Below, piece after piece: positions 49,705 to 58,891 of a DNA stretch of 64,000 nt. Numbering within the stretch: position 1 is the stretch's first letter; each line of letters begins with the position of its first letter. The stretch lies in the IMG/VR virus record IMGVR_UViG_3300010340_001122; one strand, 5' to 3'. Source of the stretch: a virus. Lineage: Duplodnaviria; Caudoviricetes. Under the pieces are notes generated by a model, which ran no database searches, was not told the origin of the DNA, and saw nothing but the letters and a program-made list of their open reading frames with translations. Made by a program: the position numbers and the translations under genes.

Positions 49705-51167
49705 TTAAAATCCGTTGAATATGTCTAAAATAACACTCAATCTTTTAGTTATTTCTGGCATTCCAAGTGGAGTAATAATTGAGTTAATAGGACTTATAAT
49801 TGTTTTGAAAAATTGTAAATCATAATCAACTTCAGGTGCGAATTCAATAGGATATGATCCTCTAATAAATGCAAATATTTCATTTATTTTTTTATTATTA
49901 CAGTGATAATACTTAATTTTTGTTCCGGATTTAATAAATTCATACTTTGATTGTAATTCTTTATTTTGATTTAAAAGAAAATTATAGTAAGCTGCTGATT
50001 TAACCGCAAAGTGAGCACCAGATACAAAACTTAATCTATCTTTATCTTCTAAAACCTTTGTTTCATAGTTAGAGCAAGATGATTGCATTGATATATCATC
50101 AATATCAGCTAATTCAAATTCTTTTCTTAAATTCTTAACCAATTTAAGTAAGTCTTTAATATTAAAATTATCTGGATGTTCAAATAAATATTTAACAATC
50201 TGTATAATTTTCTCTCTTGCAAAAAGTGGTGTTGATGATCTAACAAGTTCAACTCCTTTAGGGAAAATATATGTCAATCTATCGAAGGGAATACCATCTT
50301 CATAAACAATATTTTGTATATATTTCTTTTTAGAAAAATTCAGAATAGATTCAGAAATTCTCTCCAATTCAAAATCCTCTCGATTTTTAACCCCGAAACT
50401 CTCAGCATACTCTTCAAGACAGTTTTTAAAGTATCCACCAAATCTAAATCCATCAATTCCATGAATAAAATCTAATTCATTAAACCAATTCCATCTTATT
50501 ACATTATTTTTTAATAAATCTTGCAATTCAGGAGAATTAAATGATCTATCTTTAACAAAATAACCATCAATAATTAAATGATCTACTTTGTTATTTTTCA
50601 AAAAATCTTTTAATTCATCCGGTTTTTTAAAAATACCTAAACAGTTAATATTGTCGGTTTTGGTTTCTTGTCTATACTCTAATATTACAAATGTTGTATC
50701 TACTTTATCTATATTTTTTAAGAATAGATTTTGCCATTCACAATGTTGAATTGCAGGTTCAAATGATACAAATAATGAATCAGTATCTGCATAAATACTT
50801 ACTTCTTCTCCATTCTTTTTAATAATTGGAGTAACATTTTTCACACCTAATCTGGCATGTAATTCATAATCTATGTGCCAATGAGAATACCAGTATTTCT
50901 CATTTACTGCATGCATAGTTTTTGTTAAATCACGACCCTGTGCAGTAATTGTACCAGCAACGTGTTGGTTAAATAGTATGAAATATTGCGTCGCAAATGC
51001 ACCATACGAACCATTTAATATAAGTTTTAGTCAATACCCCCTCAAATAAATTGAGGGGGTCAAAAAAGAGCGAGCTGTAAGGCATTGTAGTAATCACTTT
51101 CCCTTTTCAACTCGCTGGCTTTATTTTTTAATGACTCAATTTTTTTGAGTTTATCTTCTTTAGTCAA
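49705..51167 (-). CDS. family B DNA polymerase, C-terminal subunit (fingers/palm/thumb), interrupted by a 38-nt coding gap
   Basis: TTG at 51167 gives MTKEDK...NALQLAL, a gap, then KLILNGSYGAF...ITAQGR...YADTDS...KKKY...KGVELVRSSTP; joined product about 474 aa; no motif A or exonuclease domain. Confidence 0.85.
51028..51068 (-). other. 38-nt coding gap (candidate translational bypass element or micro-intron)
   Basis: CUU UUU UGA, 10-bp stem ACCCCCUCAA/UUGAGGGGGU, AU UGA, CUA AAA; CUU-to-CUA distance is 38 nt. Confidence 0.75.
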
Positions 51168-51245
51168 TTTTTTAATTATTTTTTAAATATATCCTTAAAG
51201 GAACATATGTTAATTTTATATATAATAAAATTAATTAGTTTTTAT

Positions 51246-52388
51246 ATGATAAAAGAAAAAAATGTTTTAGTCTCCGTAAATTCAAGAAACATATCACACT
51301 ATAAGTTATTGGGTTATGATATACATATTGGTGGGTTTTCAGATAAAAAACTATTAGAAGTAATTATTAAAGACATTCCAAAAAATTCAACGGTTAGAAT
51401 AACTGCTATTTGTGACTTGTGTAGTTGTGAAAAGTCTATTACACTAGCAAAATATTATAAAAATTTTGAAAGAGGTGGTTATAATTTTTATTCTTGTTTT
51501 GGTTGTAAAAATAAAAAGAAAGAAATGACTAATCTAAAATTGTTTGGTGTAAAGTCTTTTTCCGAAACTGATGTCTTTAAGGAAAAATATAACAAAACTT
51601 GTTTAGAAAAATATGGAGTTAAAAATCCAAATATGTTAAAAGATTTTAGAGAAAAAACTAAAAAAACTTGCTTGGAAAAGTATGGATTTACAAATCCATT
51701 AATGAGACCAGAAATTATAGATTCAAATAGGATATGGATGTCTTCTGATGAATTTAAAAATAAATCCAAATTAACGTTAATAAAAAACTGGGGATTTGAT
51801 TCATACTCAAAAACTGATGAATTTAAAAATAAAATTCAAGAGAATAAAGAAATGATTATTAGTAAAATAAAATCTTCGTTTTTAGAAAAATACGGAGTTG
51901 ATTCTATTTTTAAAACTAAAGATTGGAAAATTAACTTTATGAATAAAATAGATGAAATCCAAAAGAAGAAAAAGGATACTTGTTTAGAAAAATATGGATT
52001 TGAAAATGTTTCTCAAGTCTCTGAAATATATGACAGAATAATTAAAACTAAGATATATAATAATCAAATTATACCTGATTCATTATTATCAGATTGGAAA
52101 ATATATAAAAGAAAAGTTAGGAAAATAACAAACAAGAATAAAAAAACTCTTTATGAAAATTGGAACGGTAATGATTATTATGATGATGAAGTTATAAAGT
52201 CCTATCTTGCATACTCACACACACATAGGTTTTACCCTTGTATAGACCACAAGATTAGTGTTTTTTATGGATTTAATAATAACATAGATCCAGAAATAAT
52301 AGGAGATATTGATAATTTATGTATAACTAAAAGATTTTTGAACTCCATAAAAGGTAGTTTAATTGAAGAGGAGTTTCGAAAATTTTAA
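51246..52388 (+). CDS. freestanding HNH-type homing endonuclease with KTCLEKYG repeats
   Basis: CDLC/C..C; multiple (T)CLEKYG..N repeats; C-terminal IDHKIS..GF......IG...NL......N..KG. Confidence 0.7.
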   Translation: MIKEKNVLVSVNSRNISHYKLLGYDIHIGGFSDKKLLEVIIKDIPKNSTVRITAICDLCSCEKSITLAKYYKNFERGGYNFYSCFGCKNKKKEMTNLKLFGVKSFSETDVFKEKYNKTCLEKYGVKNPNMLKDFREKTKKTCLEKYGFTNPLMRPEIIDSNRIWMSSDEFKNKSKLTLIKNWGFDSYSKTDEFKNKIQENKEMIISKIKSSFLEKYGVDSIFKTKDWKINFMNKIDEIQKKKKDTCLEKYGFENVSQVSEIYDRIIKTKIYNNQIIPDSLLSDWKIYKRKVRKITNKNKKTLYENWNGNDYYDDEVIKSYLAYSHTHRFYPCIDHKISVFYGFNNNIDPEIIGDIDNLCITKRFLNSIKGSLIEEEFRKF

Positions 52389-52389
52389 A

Positions 52390-53172
52390 TTAATCCTCTT
52401 CGTTTGTAAAATCTTGTTCAAAACTAATCATTAAGTGACTTGTTTCATCTTTTGTTAAAATGAATGTATCAAAAACATAAAATTCAATTTTATCAGAATT
52501 ATCATTTATAGATGGGAGAAATGTTTTATTAAACATTAAATGTCTGTCTGTTAAATCCACTTCATCTACTTGAAATTCCCAAGTGGATAATTCAGATAAA
52601 ACAACTTTTTTATCTTCAACATTTAAATGTATTACTTTACCATCTGAATTAATTGATGATAACTTCTTAATATCTTGAAATTCTGATTTATCAATTTTAA
52701 AAGACCATTTACTATTTTTAATATCAACTCTTTTTGATAGAACTCCTTTTGGAATATCTCTAATTTCAGAAGATTCGCCTCCTTGAAGGCCAATTTTTAA
52801 CTTACCATTTTTAATTTGTGTAAAACGAACTATTGAAGAATCATCATCATCATTTTCACGATAATCAATATTCATTACGATTTTATCAGATGATGTTTTA
52901 ATAAATCCAAGATTTTTAACAAATCTTTTAGCACCAGAAATGATCATATCGAGTGTATTTTCTAATTCATCTTTCATTTCAAAATAGTCTTTAGTATCTA
53001 TTAGATAACTTTTAAATGCTAAAAGTATTGTTTCTCCAACAATAGAATACATTAGAATATTTTCCGAATCTATTTTTAATTTAATTGTATCACTTATTTT
53101 AGATAAGTCCTCTAACTTTGTTAGAAAGTCCTCGAATTTATCACGATTTAATTGTATAGTGAGTTTTGACAT
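52390..53172 (-). CDS. putative DNA sliding clamp (gp45-like)
   Basis: About 260 aa, acidic, two-domain alpha/beta pattern, upstream of the polymerase on the same strand. Confidence 0.5.
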   Translation of the reverse strand: MSKLTIQLNRDKFEDFLTKLEDLSKISDTIKLKIDSENILMYSIVGETILLAFKSYLIDTKDYFEMKDELENTLDMIISGAKRFVKNLGFIKTSSDKIVMNIDYRENDDDDSSIVRFTQIKNGKLKIGLQGGESSEIRDIPKGVLSKRVDIKNSKWSFKIDKSEFQDIKKLSSINSDGKVIHLNVEDKKVVLSELSTWEFQVDEVDLTDRHLMFNKTFLPSINDNSDKIEFYVFDTFILTKDETSHLMISFEQDFTNEED

Positions 53173-53217
53173 TTTAAATAATAGTTTTATATTATTAATA
53201 TATACAGAAAATTTAGT

Positions 53218-53582
53218 TTGTTTATTAAGTTTTAAAACTATTTGAAAAATTTAATGATGATTATGATGATGAACCATTATCAAGATCTGAAGAGATTTTT
53301 GGTAAAGATACTAGACTGGAAAAACAATTTTCAAAAATTGTTGTTTCAGGATTATCATCTGACTCTGAAGGTAGATATTGGTCAATATTTAATGCTTTAA
53401 AAATTGAGTTACAAGAGTTAATTGATAAAAAGGATCCTCTTTATAAGGAAATGATGCATAGAGTTGTTGAAGGAGAAGATCCAACAGAAGTAATTAGTGA
53501 TATTTTTAGTAAGGTTGGGAATAGTACAAGTGAATCTGAACGACTTTTAAATAAATTAAATAATTATAAAAAGAATAAATAA
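53218..53582 (+). pseudogene. frameshifted ORF lacking an in-frame start, not in ORF track
   Basis: 117 sense codons at 53229-53579 (VLKLFEKFNDD...) directly after TAA; upstream TTG TTT ATT AAG TTT TAA is one base out of frame. Confidence 0.45.
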
Positions 53583-53584
53583 TA

Positions 53585-54073
53585 ATGAAATATTTAAAAA
53601 TATTTGAGAATTCAAGATACCCCTCTGATGATCAACTTGATGGTACCAAATTAAGATTTTGGAAAAATCGTTTTAATTTAAAAAGAAATAATATGAAATA
53701 TTTAAATAACTTTAAATCATTTGAGGGTAAATATAATAATATGGAAGTTAATGTTTATGGACTTAAATGTGACAATACTAATTGTGACTATGAAGACATG
53801 TCTATTCCATTTTCCGACTATGAAAAATCCGTTGGTAAAGAATGTCCTAAATGTGGAGAAAATTTATTAACTCAAAAAGATTATGATGAAATAATTAATA
53901 TGATAGATTCTGCTGAGATTCTAAATATGTTTTCTCCAGAAGAGTTAGAAAAGATAGCAGGAAATCTTTCACCAGAAGAGGTAGATAAAGTTCTTGATAC
54001 TATCAATCTACTAAAGATGAAACACAAAGGTAAGACTGATGATGGTCGTGATATATGGACTGTTGGTGATTAA
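53585..54073 (+). CDS. zinc-ribbon protein with two tandem CTS-like starts
   Basis: MKYLKIFENS...MKYLNNFKSFE; CDNTNC...CPKCG. Confidence 0.55.
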   Translation: MKYLKIFENSRYPSDDQLDGTKLRFWKNRFNLKRNNMKYLNNFKSFEGKYNNMEVNVYGLKCDNTNCDYEDMSIPFSDYEKSVGKECPKCGENLLTQKDYDEIINMIDSAEILNMFSPEELEKIAGNLSPEEVDKVLDTINLLKMKHKGKTDDGRDIWTVGD

Positions 54074-54786
54074 TCATCTAAAAGTTCATCTAGTCTTTGA
54101 CCTCTATTTGGCATTATATTAGGTGATGTTGCTAATACATATCCATCTGAAAATTCTAATACTTGTGAATTAATATTATTATTAACTTTTAAAAGCTTAT
54201 AAAGAATCAACTCCTCACTGAAGTCATATATTCTTTTATATGAAAAATAGTTTTCTGTGTTTTCCCTAATAAATTCTAAAGATTCTATAAAATAATCAGA
54301 TTTATCATGTTTCAATGAAACAATAGATCCTATTTTATTTTTTATACTACATATCTCATTTCCATTCTCATCGAATCCATAAAAATCCCCTATTATTTTT
54401 ATAACATCTTTAATGGTTTGTATGTAAAGAATGCAAGGAATTGCTGGTAATTGTGAAAAGTTATAAGTATATTTTACAAAATCAACATTATAGGATCTAT
54501 GTTCTTGGATATCTTCTATTTCTTTAAAATAATTTAAATTTTCTTGACTAATCGAGCATTTTATAACCTCATGTCCAAGTAGAGATGAAAAGAATTCTAT
54601 TTTAAATTCTTCTTTAAGAAATCGATGTACAAGTTTTTCAAATCTATCAATATTATTTTTTGATATAGAAAAAGAAAAACGATAATCGATTTTTCTATTA
54701 TATACCTCTTTTATTTCCAAATAATGCAAACCACCAGATATCTTCTTAGACCATTCCTCAATTTCTATTTTTGATAAAATTCTCAT
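54070..54786 (-). CDS. hypothetical protein
   Basis: 238 aa; C-terminal RGQRLDELLDD. Confidence 0.55.
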   Translation of the reverse strand: MRILSKIEIEEWSKKISGGLHYLEIKEVYNRKIDYRFSFSISKNNIDRFEKLVHRFLKEEFKIEFFSSLLGHEVIKCSISQENLNYFKEIEDIQEHRSYNVDFVKYTYNFSQLPAIPCILYIQTIKDVIKIIGDFYGFDENGNEICSIKNKIGSIVSLKHDKSDYFIESLEFIRENTENYFSYKRIYDFSEELILYKLLKVNNNINSQVLEFSDGYVLATSPNIMPNRGQRLDELLDD

Positions 54787-55469
54787 ACTAATTCCACAAC
54801 TTTAATAGGAACTTCCGCTCTTTCTCTAATTTCCTCAAATGTCCATTCTTTTAAAATTCGACCATTTTCAAAAATTTTTACTAAAATATCATCACTAAAC
54901 TCGTTACAATGTTCAACAGTTTCATATTCATCACTATTATTATATCTATCAATATGATGTAAAAGTTTTAATCTACCAGCTTTTGATTTTTTAAAAGACT
55001 GAACTCTCTCACCATATTCATTAATTTCAATTGGATTTTTCTGAACTTCTACTTCTTCACCATTGATAACAATTGATGAACATTTGATAGCAAATTTCTG
55101 AGTATCTCTATCAACTTTTTGTAAAAGAGCACCACCCATACCAAATGCAATATTCTCTACTGCGAATCCTTCTTCAACCATCATATCTAAAATATCAATA
55201 ATAGACTCATAATTAACGCCATCACCCTGAATTACTCTAACATGTGGATCAATAACTTTAAATCCTTTTTTATTAATTGTTCCTCCGAATTTTTCCCAAA
55301 GAATATGAAAGATTTGCTTTAATGTTTGAATTGGATCACCACTATCCGGACGAATTACAAGACGACCATCTCTATTTAGAATTTTATCTCTCAAAGTAGT
55401 GCCCCAATAATCTCTACAAGCACGGATAATATCAAATGAGTCTGATAGTAATAGAATATTAGGTTCCAT
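54783..55469 (-). pseudogene. nadV: nicotinamide phosphoribosyltransferase, internally deleted
   Basis: SDSFDI, VIRPDSGDP, VIQGDG, AFGMGGALLQKVDRDT..FA.K, KKSK.GRL are C-terminal NAMPT motifs; only 228 aa. Confidence 0.75.
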
Positions 55470-55470
55470 A

Positions 55471-56592
55471 TTATGAATTTATTTTGTCAAAGTAATTTTT
55501 GAATATCTCATGTGGCACTGATACAGATATTCTTGAGTATTGTGTATTTACTGTTCTGTTAAGTGAAAACTTAAGTAAAGGTACGGATGATATTCGATTA
55601 AATAAAAGAATATCAAAATTTATATTAATTATAGCGAATGGTCCGGTTGGAATCGATGGATATTCATCAAATAAGAATCCTCTATCTTTAAGATATTGAA
55701 TATTCTTCTTTATACTATCCTGTGTTTTTATTTTATAGTTCTCTAAAGCTGCATTACCATTATTTGTTGTAAGAAGTTTCGTTATTACTTGTTGTGGAAT
55801 TGTTGAAATAGAATTATACTTATATAAGGAACGAATTTTCATTGAATTATATAATTCTTGATTTTTTGTTGCAATATATCCAATTCTAAGTCCTGATAAT
55901 CCCATTGATTTAGAAAATGATGATATAACAATTACATTATCATAGAATAACTCATGAATTGGATTATCAATATCATTGAATAAATAATAATATGGTAAGT
56001 CTAGAATAACTGTAATATTATGTTCTTTTGAATGATCTAAAAACGCCTTTAAATCTTCAAAATTAGGTGACCATCCTGTAGGATTTGAAGGGTAACACAA
56101 CATTACAACTTCCGATTCTTTTTCAAATGGTAGGATGTTAAAGTAATTTGTAAATGGGTCACAAACTTTAAAATTTCTAATATTAAAATCATCAAATTCC
56201 TTAATTTTTTTATTATGAATTTTAAGAATTTTATTCCAAGAACCCCAATGATATTTAGGAACCCAAAAATTTTCTTCATCTAATGAATTTATAACCAAAT
56301 CAAGTGTTGCCATTCCACCAGGAACAGTCATTACATAATGATCCTTTAAATGAAATTTGTTTTTAATAACATCAATTAAAACCGAATCGCCATCATTACC
56401 ACCATATTGTTGAACAGATTTTTGATTATAGTCAAAATCTCTCATGAATGAATTTAAGTCGATCATATCGACATCCATAACACCTCGATGTAGTTTTAAA
56501 TATGTTTCACCAGTTGCCTTTTCTAACTGTGAAGTTCTTTCACCTATCTCTACGATTGATGAATATGTTACGGGTGAGTGATTTATTTTCAT
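55471..56592 (-). CDS. PLP-dependent aminotransferase class I/II
   Basis: PSNPTG, D.PY, SFSKSMGLSGLRIGY, RIS. Confidence 0.85.
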   Translation of the reverse strand: MKINHSPVTYSSIVEIGERTSQLEKATGETYLKLHRGVMDVDMIDLNSFMRDFDYNQKSVQQYGGNDGDSVLIDVIKNKFHLKDHYVMTVPGGMATLDLVINSLDEENFWVPKYHWGSWNKILKIHNKKIKEFDDFNIRNFKVCDPFTNYFNILPFEKESEVVMLCYPSNPTGWSPNFEDLKAFLDHSKEHNITVILDLPYYYLFNDIDNPIHELFYDNVIVISSFSKSMGLSGLRIGYIATKNQELYNSMKIRSLYKYNSISTIPQQVITKLLTTNNGNAALENYKIKTQDSIKKNIQYLKDRGFLFDEYPSIPTGPFAIININFDILLFNRISSVPLLKFSLNRTVNTQYSRISVSVPHEIFKNYFDKINS

Positions 56593-57515
56593 ATATTTTT
56601 TAAAAACATTTTTAATAGTGGTTTATGTTCATCAACGATTGGTCCAATTACATTATCATAAATATCAATCCAAGATTGTGATATTTCATGTATATCCCAC
56701 CATTTCAGTTCAGATACATCATCTGAGGGTTCGATAATACCACCGATATATTTGGTTTTGTAGAAATTACTAATAATTTTATCTTCCTCTCCACGATATC
56801 TCCAATCTGGAACTAGTGTGCTACCAATATATTTTAGTTCAGATATTTCTAAACCATTACCAGCATCTTGAGAAATTTTCCTTTTTGCAGTTGATTCAAA
56901 TGAATCATCGGTTGGATGAGCGAATCCGCCAATGAATCTCCAACCATTTTCATAAGGTTTTTTTGCTAAAAGAATCTTATCATCATCATTCATAATAGCG
57001 ACATCTACACAAGGATGTACTTTTGGATATTGATTATATGCATTATAAATAACACCTGCTCTAAAATCTGGTGAGTTTTTGACTGTTTCAGATACTATTT
57101 TTCTAACCTCTGTTCCTGATACAAATGTATATTGGTCTAATTCTCTACAATCGAATTGCCCTTTACCTCTTTTATAATATGGTATGAATGAATCTCTACC
57201 CCCATAAAGAACCACATCACCTATTGGATAAACCTCTCTGATTCTTCTATCTAATTCTGATGTCCATTTAACATCATCTCCAAAATCGGGAAGTGCAAGA
57301 ATAACTGAATCTGGATAGGATGCTTGAATCATCTTTTTCCTAGAATCAAAATCTAAAGGATTCTTTTTAGTACCAACTACTTTAGGTACTCCTAAAAATA
57401 TAATTGATTTTTTATGATTATTAACGACTTGATCGATGATATATCGATGAGCATCGTGTAGATCATGAACTTGGAATCTACCAACTACCGATCCTATTGA
57501 ATATTCTTTATCCAT
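56589..57515 (-). CDS. bifunctional NMN adenylyltransferase / Nudix (NadM-Nudix, NatV-like)
   Basis: GRFQVHDLHDAH, NPLDF..R..M, SGTEVR; C-terminal Nudix fold GGF...SDD. Confidence 0.85.
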   Translation of the reverse strand: MDKEYSIGSVVGRFQVHDLHDAHRYIIDQVVNNHKKSIIFLGVPKVVGTKKNPLDFDSRKKMIQASYPDSVILALPDFGDDVKWTSELDRRIREVYPIGDVVLYGGRDSFIPYYKRGKGQFDCRELDQYTFVSGTEVRKIVSETVKNSPDFRAGVIYNAYNQYPKVHPCVDVAIMNDDDKILLAKKPYENGWRFIGGFAHPTDDSFESTAKRKISQDAGNGLEISELKYIGSTLVPDWRYRGEEDKIISNFYKTKYIGGIIEPSDDVSELKWWDIHEISQSWIDIYDNVIGPIVDEHKPLLKMFLKNI

Positions 57516-57519
57516 AATA

Positions 57520-57527
57520 CAAATATA
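57520..57527 (-). promoter_or_regulatory. Bacteroidota-type -7 box TATATTTG (representative copy)
   Basis: Also at 39916, 44045, 46316 and 63860, each upstream of a minus-strand gene. Confidence 0.6.
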
Positions 57528-57535
57528 TAAAAACT

Positions 57536-57850
57536 TTACAACATATCTTGTAAAGTTTTTCTTAAATAATTTTCTATCTCTTTTGCTTTTCTTGGTGTTG
57601 TTTTAACATCTAATTGAAGTCTATAATTTTTTATAGTATCCTCATCAGCCTCATCAAGAATTATTATATTAACTTCTAGTTCGTTTATTACTTCAATTTT
57701 ATCCTTTAAAGAATCTTTTGTGAAAGTCATTGGACCATATTCTGTAGATACTTTTATAGTATCATCATCATCAAATGATATGACTCCATTTTTAGGAAGT
57801 ATAATTGTATTAATTATCTTTAAATCTTCTGTTAATTTATAATTACTCAT
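57536..57850 (-). CDS. hypothetical protein
   Basis: 104-aa ORF. Confidence 0.5.
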   Translation of the reverse strand: MSNYKLTEDLKIINTIILPKNGVISFDDDDTIKVSTEYGPMTFTKDSLKDKIEVINELEVNIIILDEADEDTIKNYRLQLDVKTTPRKAKEIENYLRKTLQDML

Positions 57851-57894
57851 ATAATTTAATATATAGATAATATATTTAAAAATTAAGAAAGTTT

Positions 57895-58350
57895 ATGTTA
57901 ATAAAATATAATGATTTTATCATAGAAAAACAGGTTATTAATTTAATACTTGAAGGAACATTAGATGCATCTCCTGATTTTTTAAGTAGATTAAAATTAA
58001 TATCTACTAAAAATGAAATTGCTAAGTTATTATATGATAAATTTTATGATAGTAGTGATTATGAGTGGGAAGTTGAAAAGGATCTACCCCATAATTTTAT
58101 TGATATAACTGATAAGGATGATACGATATCATTTTTATCAGATGTTAAATCTAATAAGTTATCATATCCTGACACACAATACTCGGCGAAAGGTAGAGGT
58201 GAGATAAAAATTGGAAGATTTGTAAAATCATTCTTAACTGATAAAAAAATCCTAAATGATTTAGAAATTGATAAAAGTTTTTCTGATAAAGACTACGAAG
58301 AATTTGTAAATAAGGAATTAGAAAGATTAGAAATAAAATCATCTTCCTAA
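57895..58350 (+). pseudogene. truncated paralog of 44078-45937
   Basis: IDITDKDDTISFL and RGEIKIGRF match IDMTEKNDMLSFI and RGEVKVGKF, then the ORF ends at 151 aa. Confidence 0.45.
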
Positions 58351-58830
58351 ATAATTAAATAAATCTATTATATTTTTAATAGTGAATTGTAAGCTTTCTA
58401 AATTTTTATTAGTTTGTCTTAAATATTCAATATAATTTTCAATTAATTCAACATTTCTTTGTTCTTCAGCAACATGTGCTTCAATCAATAGTGACTTTTC
58501 ACCCATATTTGTTTTAACTCCAAAAGAAGTCGCATACCAAATAAATTTATCTTGTTTAATTCTTTTTAATTTAACATCTTGTTTAGAACGTCTATCTAAA
58601 AATGTGGAGATTTCTTCTGTTATTATTTGACGGTAGGTTAAACACAATGATTGTGTTTCCATTATTTTTTTAGAAGTGTGAGTAGTTATTTCAATTTTTA
58701 TTGTTTCGAACAGAGGTTCAATTTGTTTTTTCCAATTTTCTCTTTTCTCAGTAAAAAAAGTTTCTAATCTATCATTAGTTTCTTTTAATTTATTAATTCT
58801 ATCTACTTCTTCTGGTGTATATACATTCAT
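58339..58830 (-). CDS. UvsY-like recombination mediator
   Basis: Helical protein ending IEYL....K.L....F.IKNIID...YLG as in UvsY. Confidence 0.55.
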   Translation of the reverse strand: MNVYTPEEVDRINKLKETNDRLETFFTEKRENWKKQIEPLFETIKIEITTHTSKKIMETQSLCLTYRQIITEEISTFLDRRSKQDVKLKRIKQDKFIWYATSFGVKTNMGEKSLLIEAHVAEEQRNVELIENYIEYLRQTNKNLESLQFTIKNIIDLFNYLGR

Positions 58831-58891
58831 ACCTTATTATATGAAAAGTAATAAAAAAAGTTAAATATATACCTAAAAAATTATTAATATT

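Noticed and set aside
51036-51060. Hairpin as an intrinsic terminator
   Set aside because: The T-tract lies 5' of the stem on the minus strand and an A-tract lies 3' on the plus strand, the opposite of the real terminators in this window; it also sits inside a conserved motif.
51031-51068. Simple -1 frameshift at C UUU UUU G
   Set aside because: The -1 frame is the polymerase frame but hits UGA at 51031-51033, and would insert about 13 residues into the motif B helix.
51025-51167. TTGACTAAA repeated at the polB start and at the landing site as a restart signal
   Set aside because: The second TTG is not in the polymerase frame; probably chance in AT-rich DNA.
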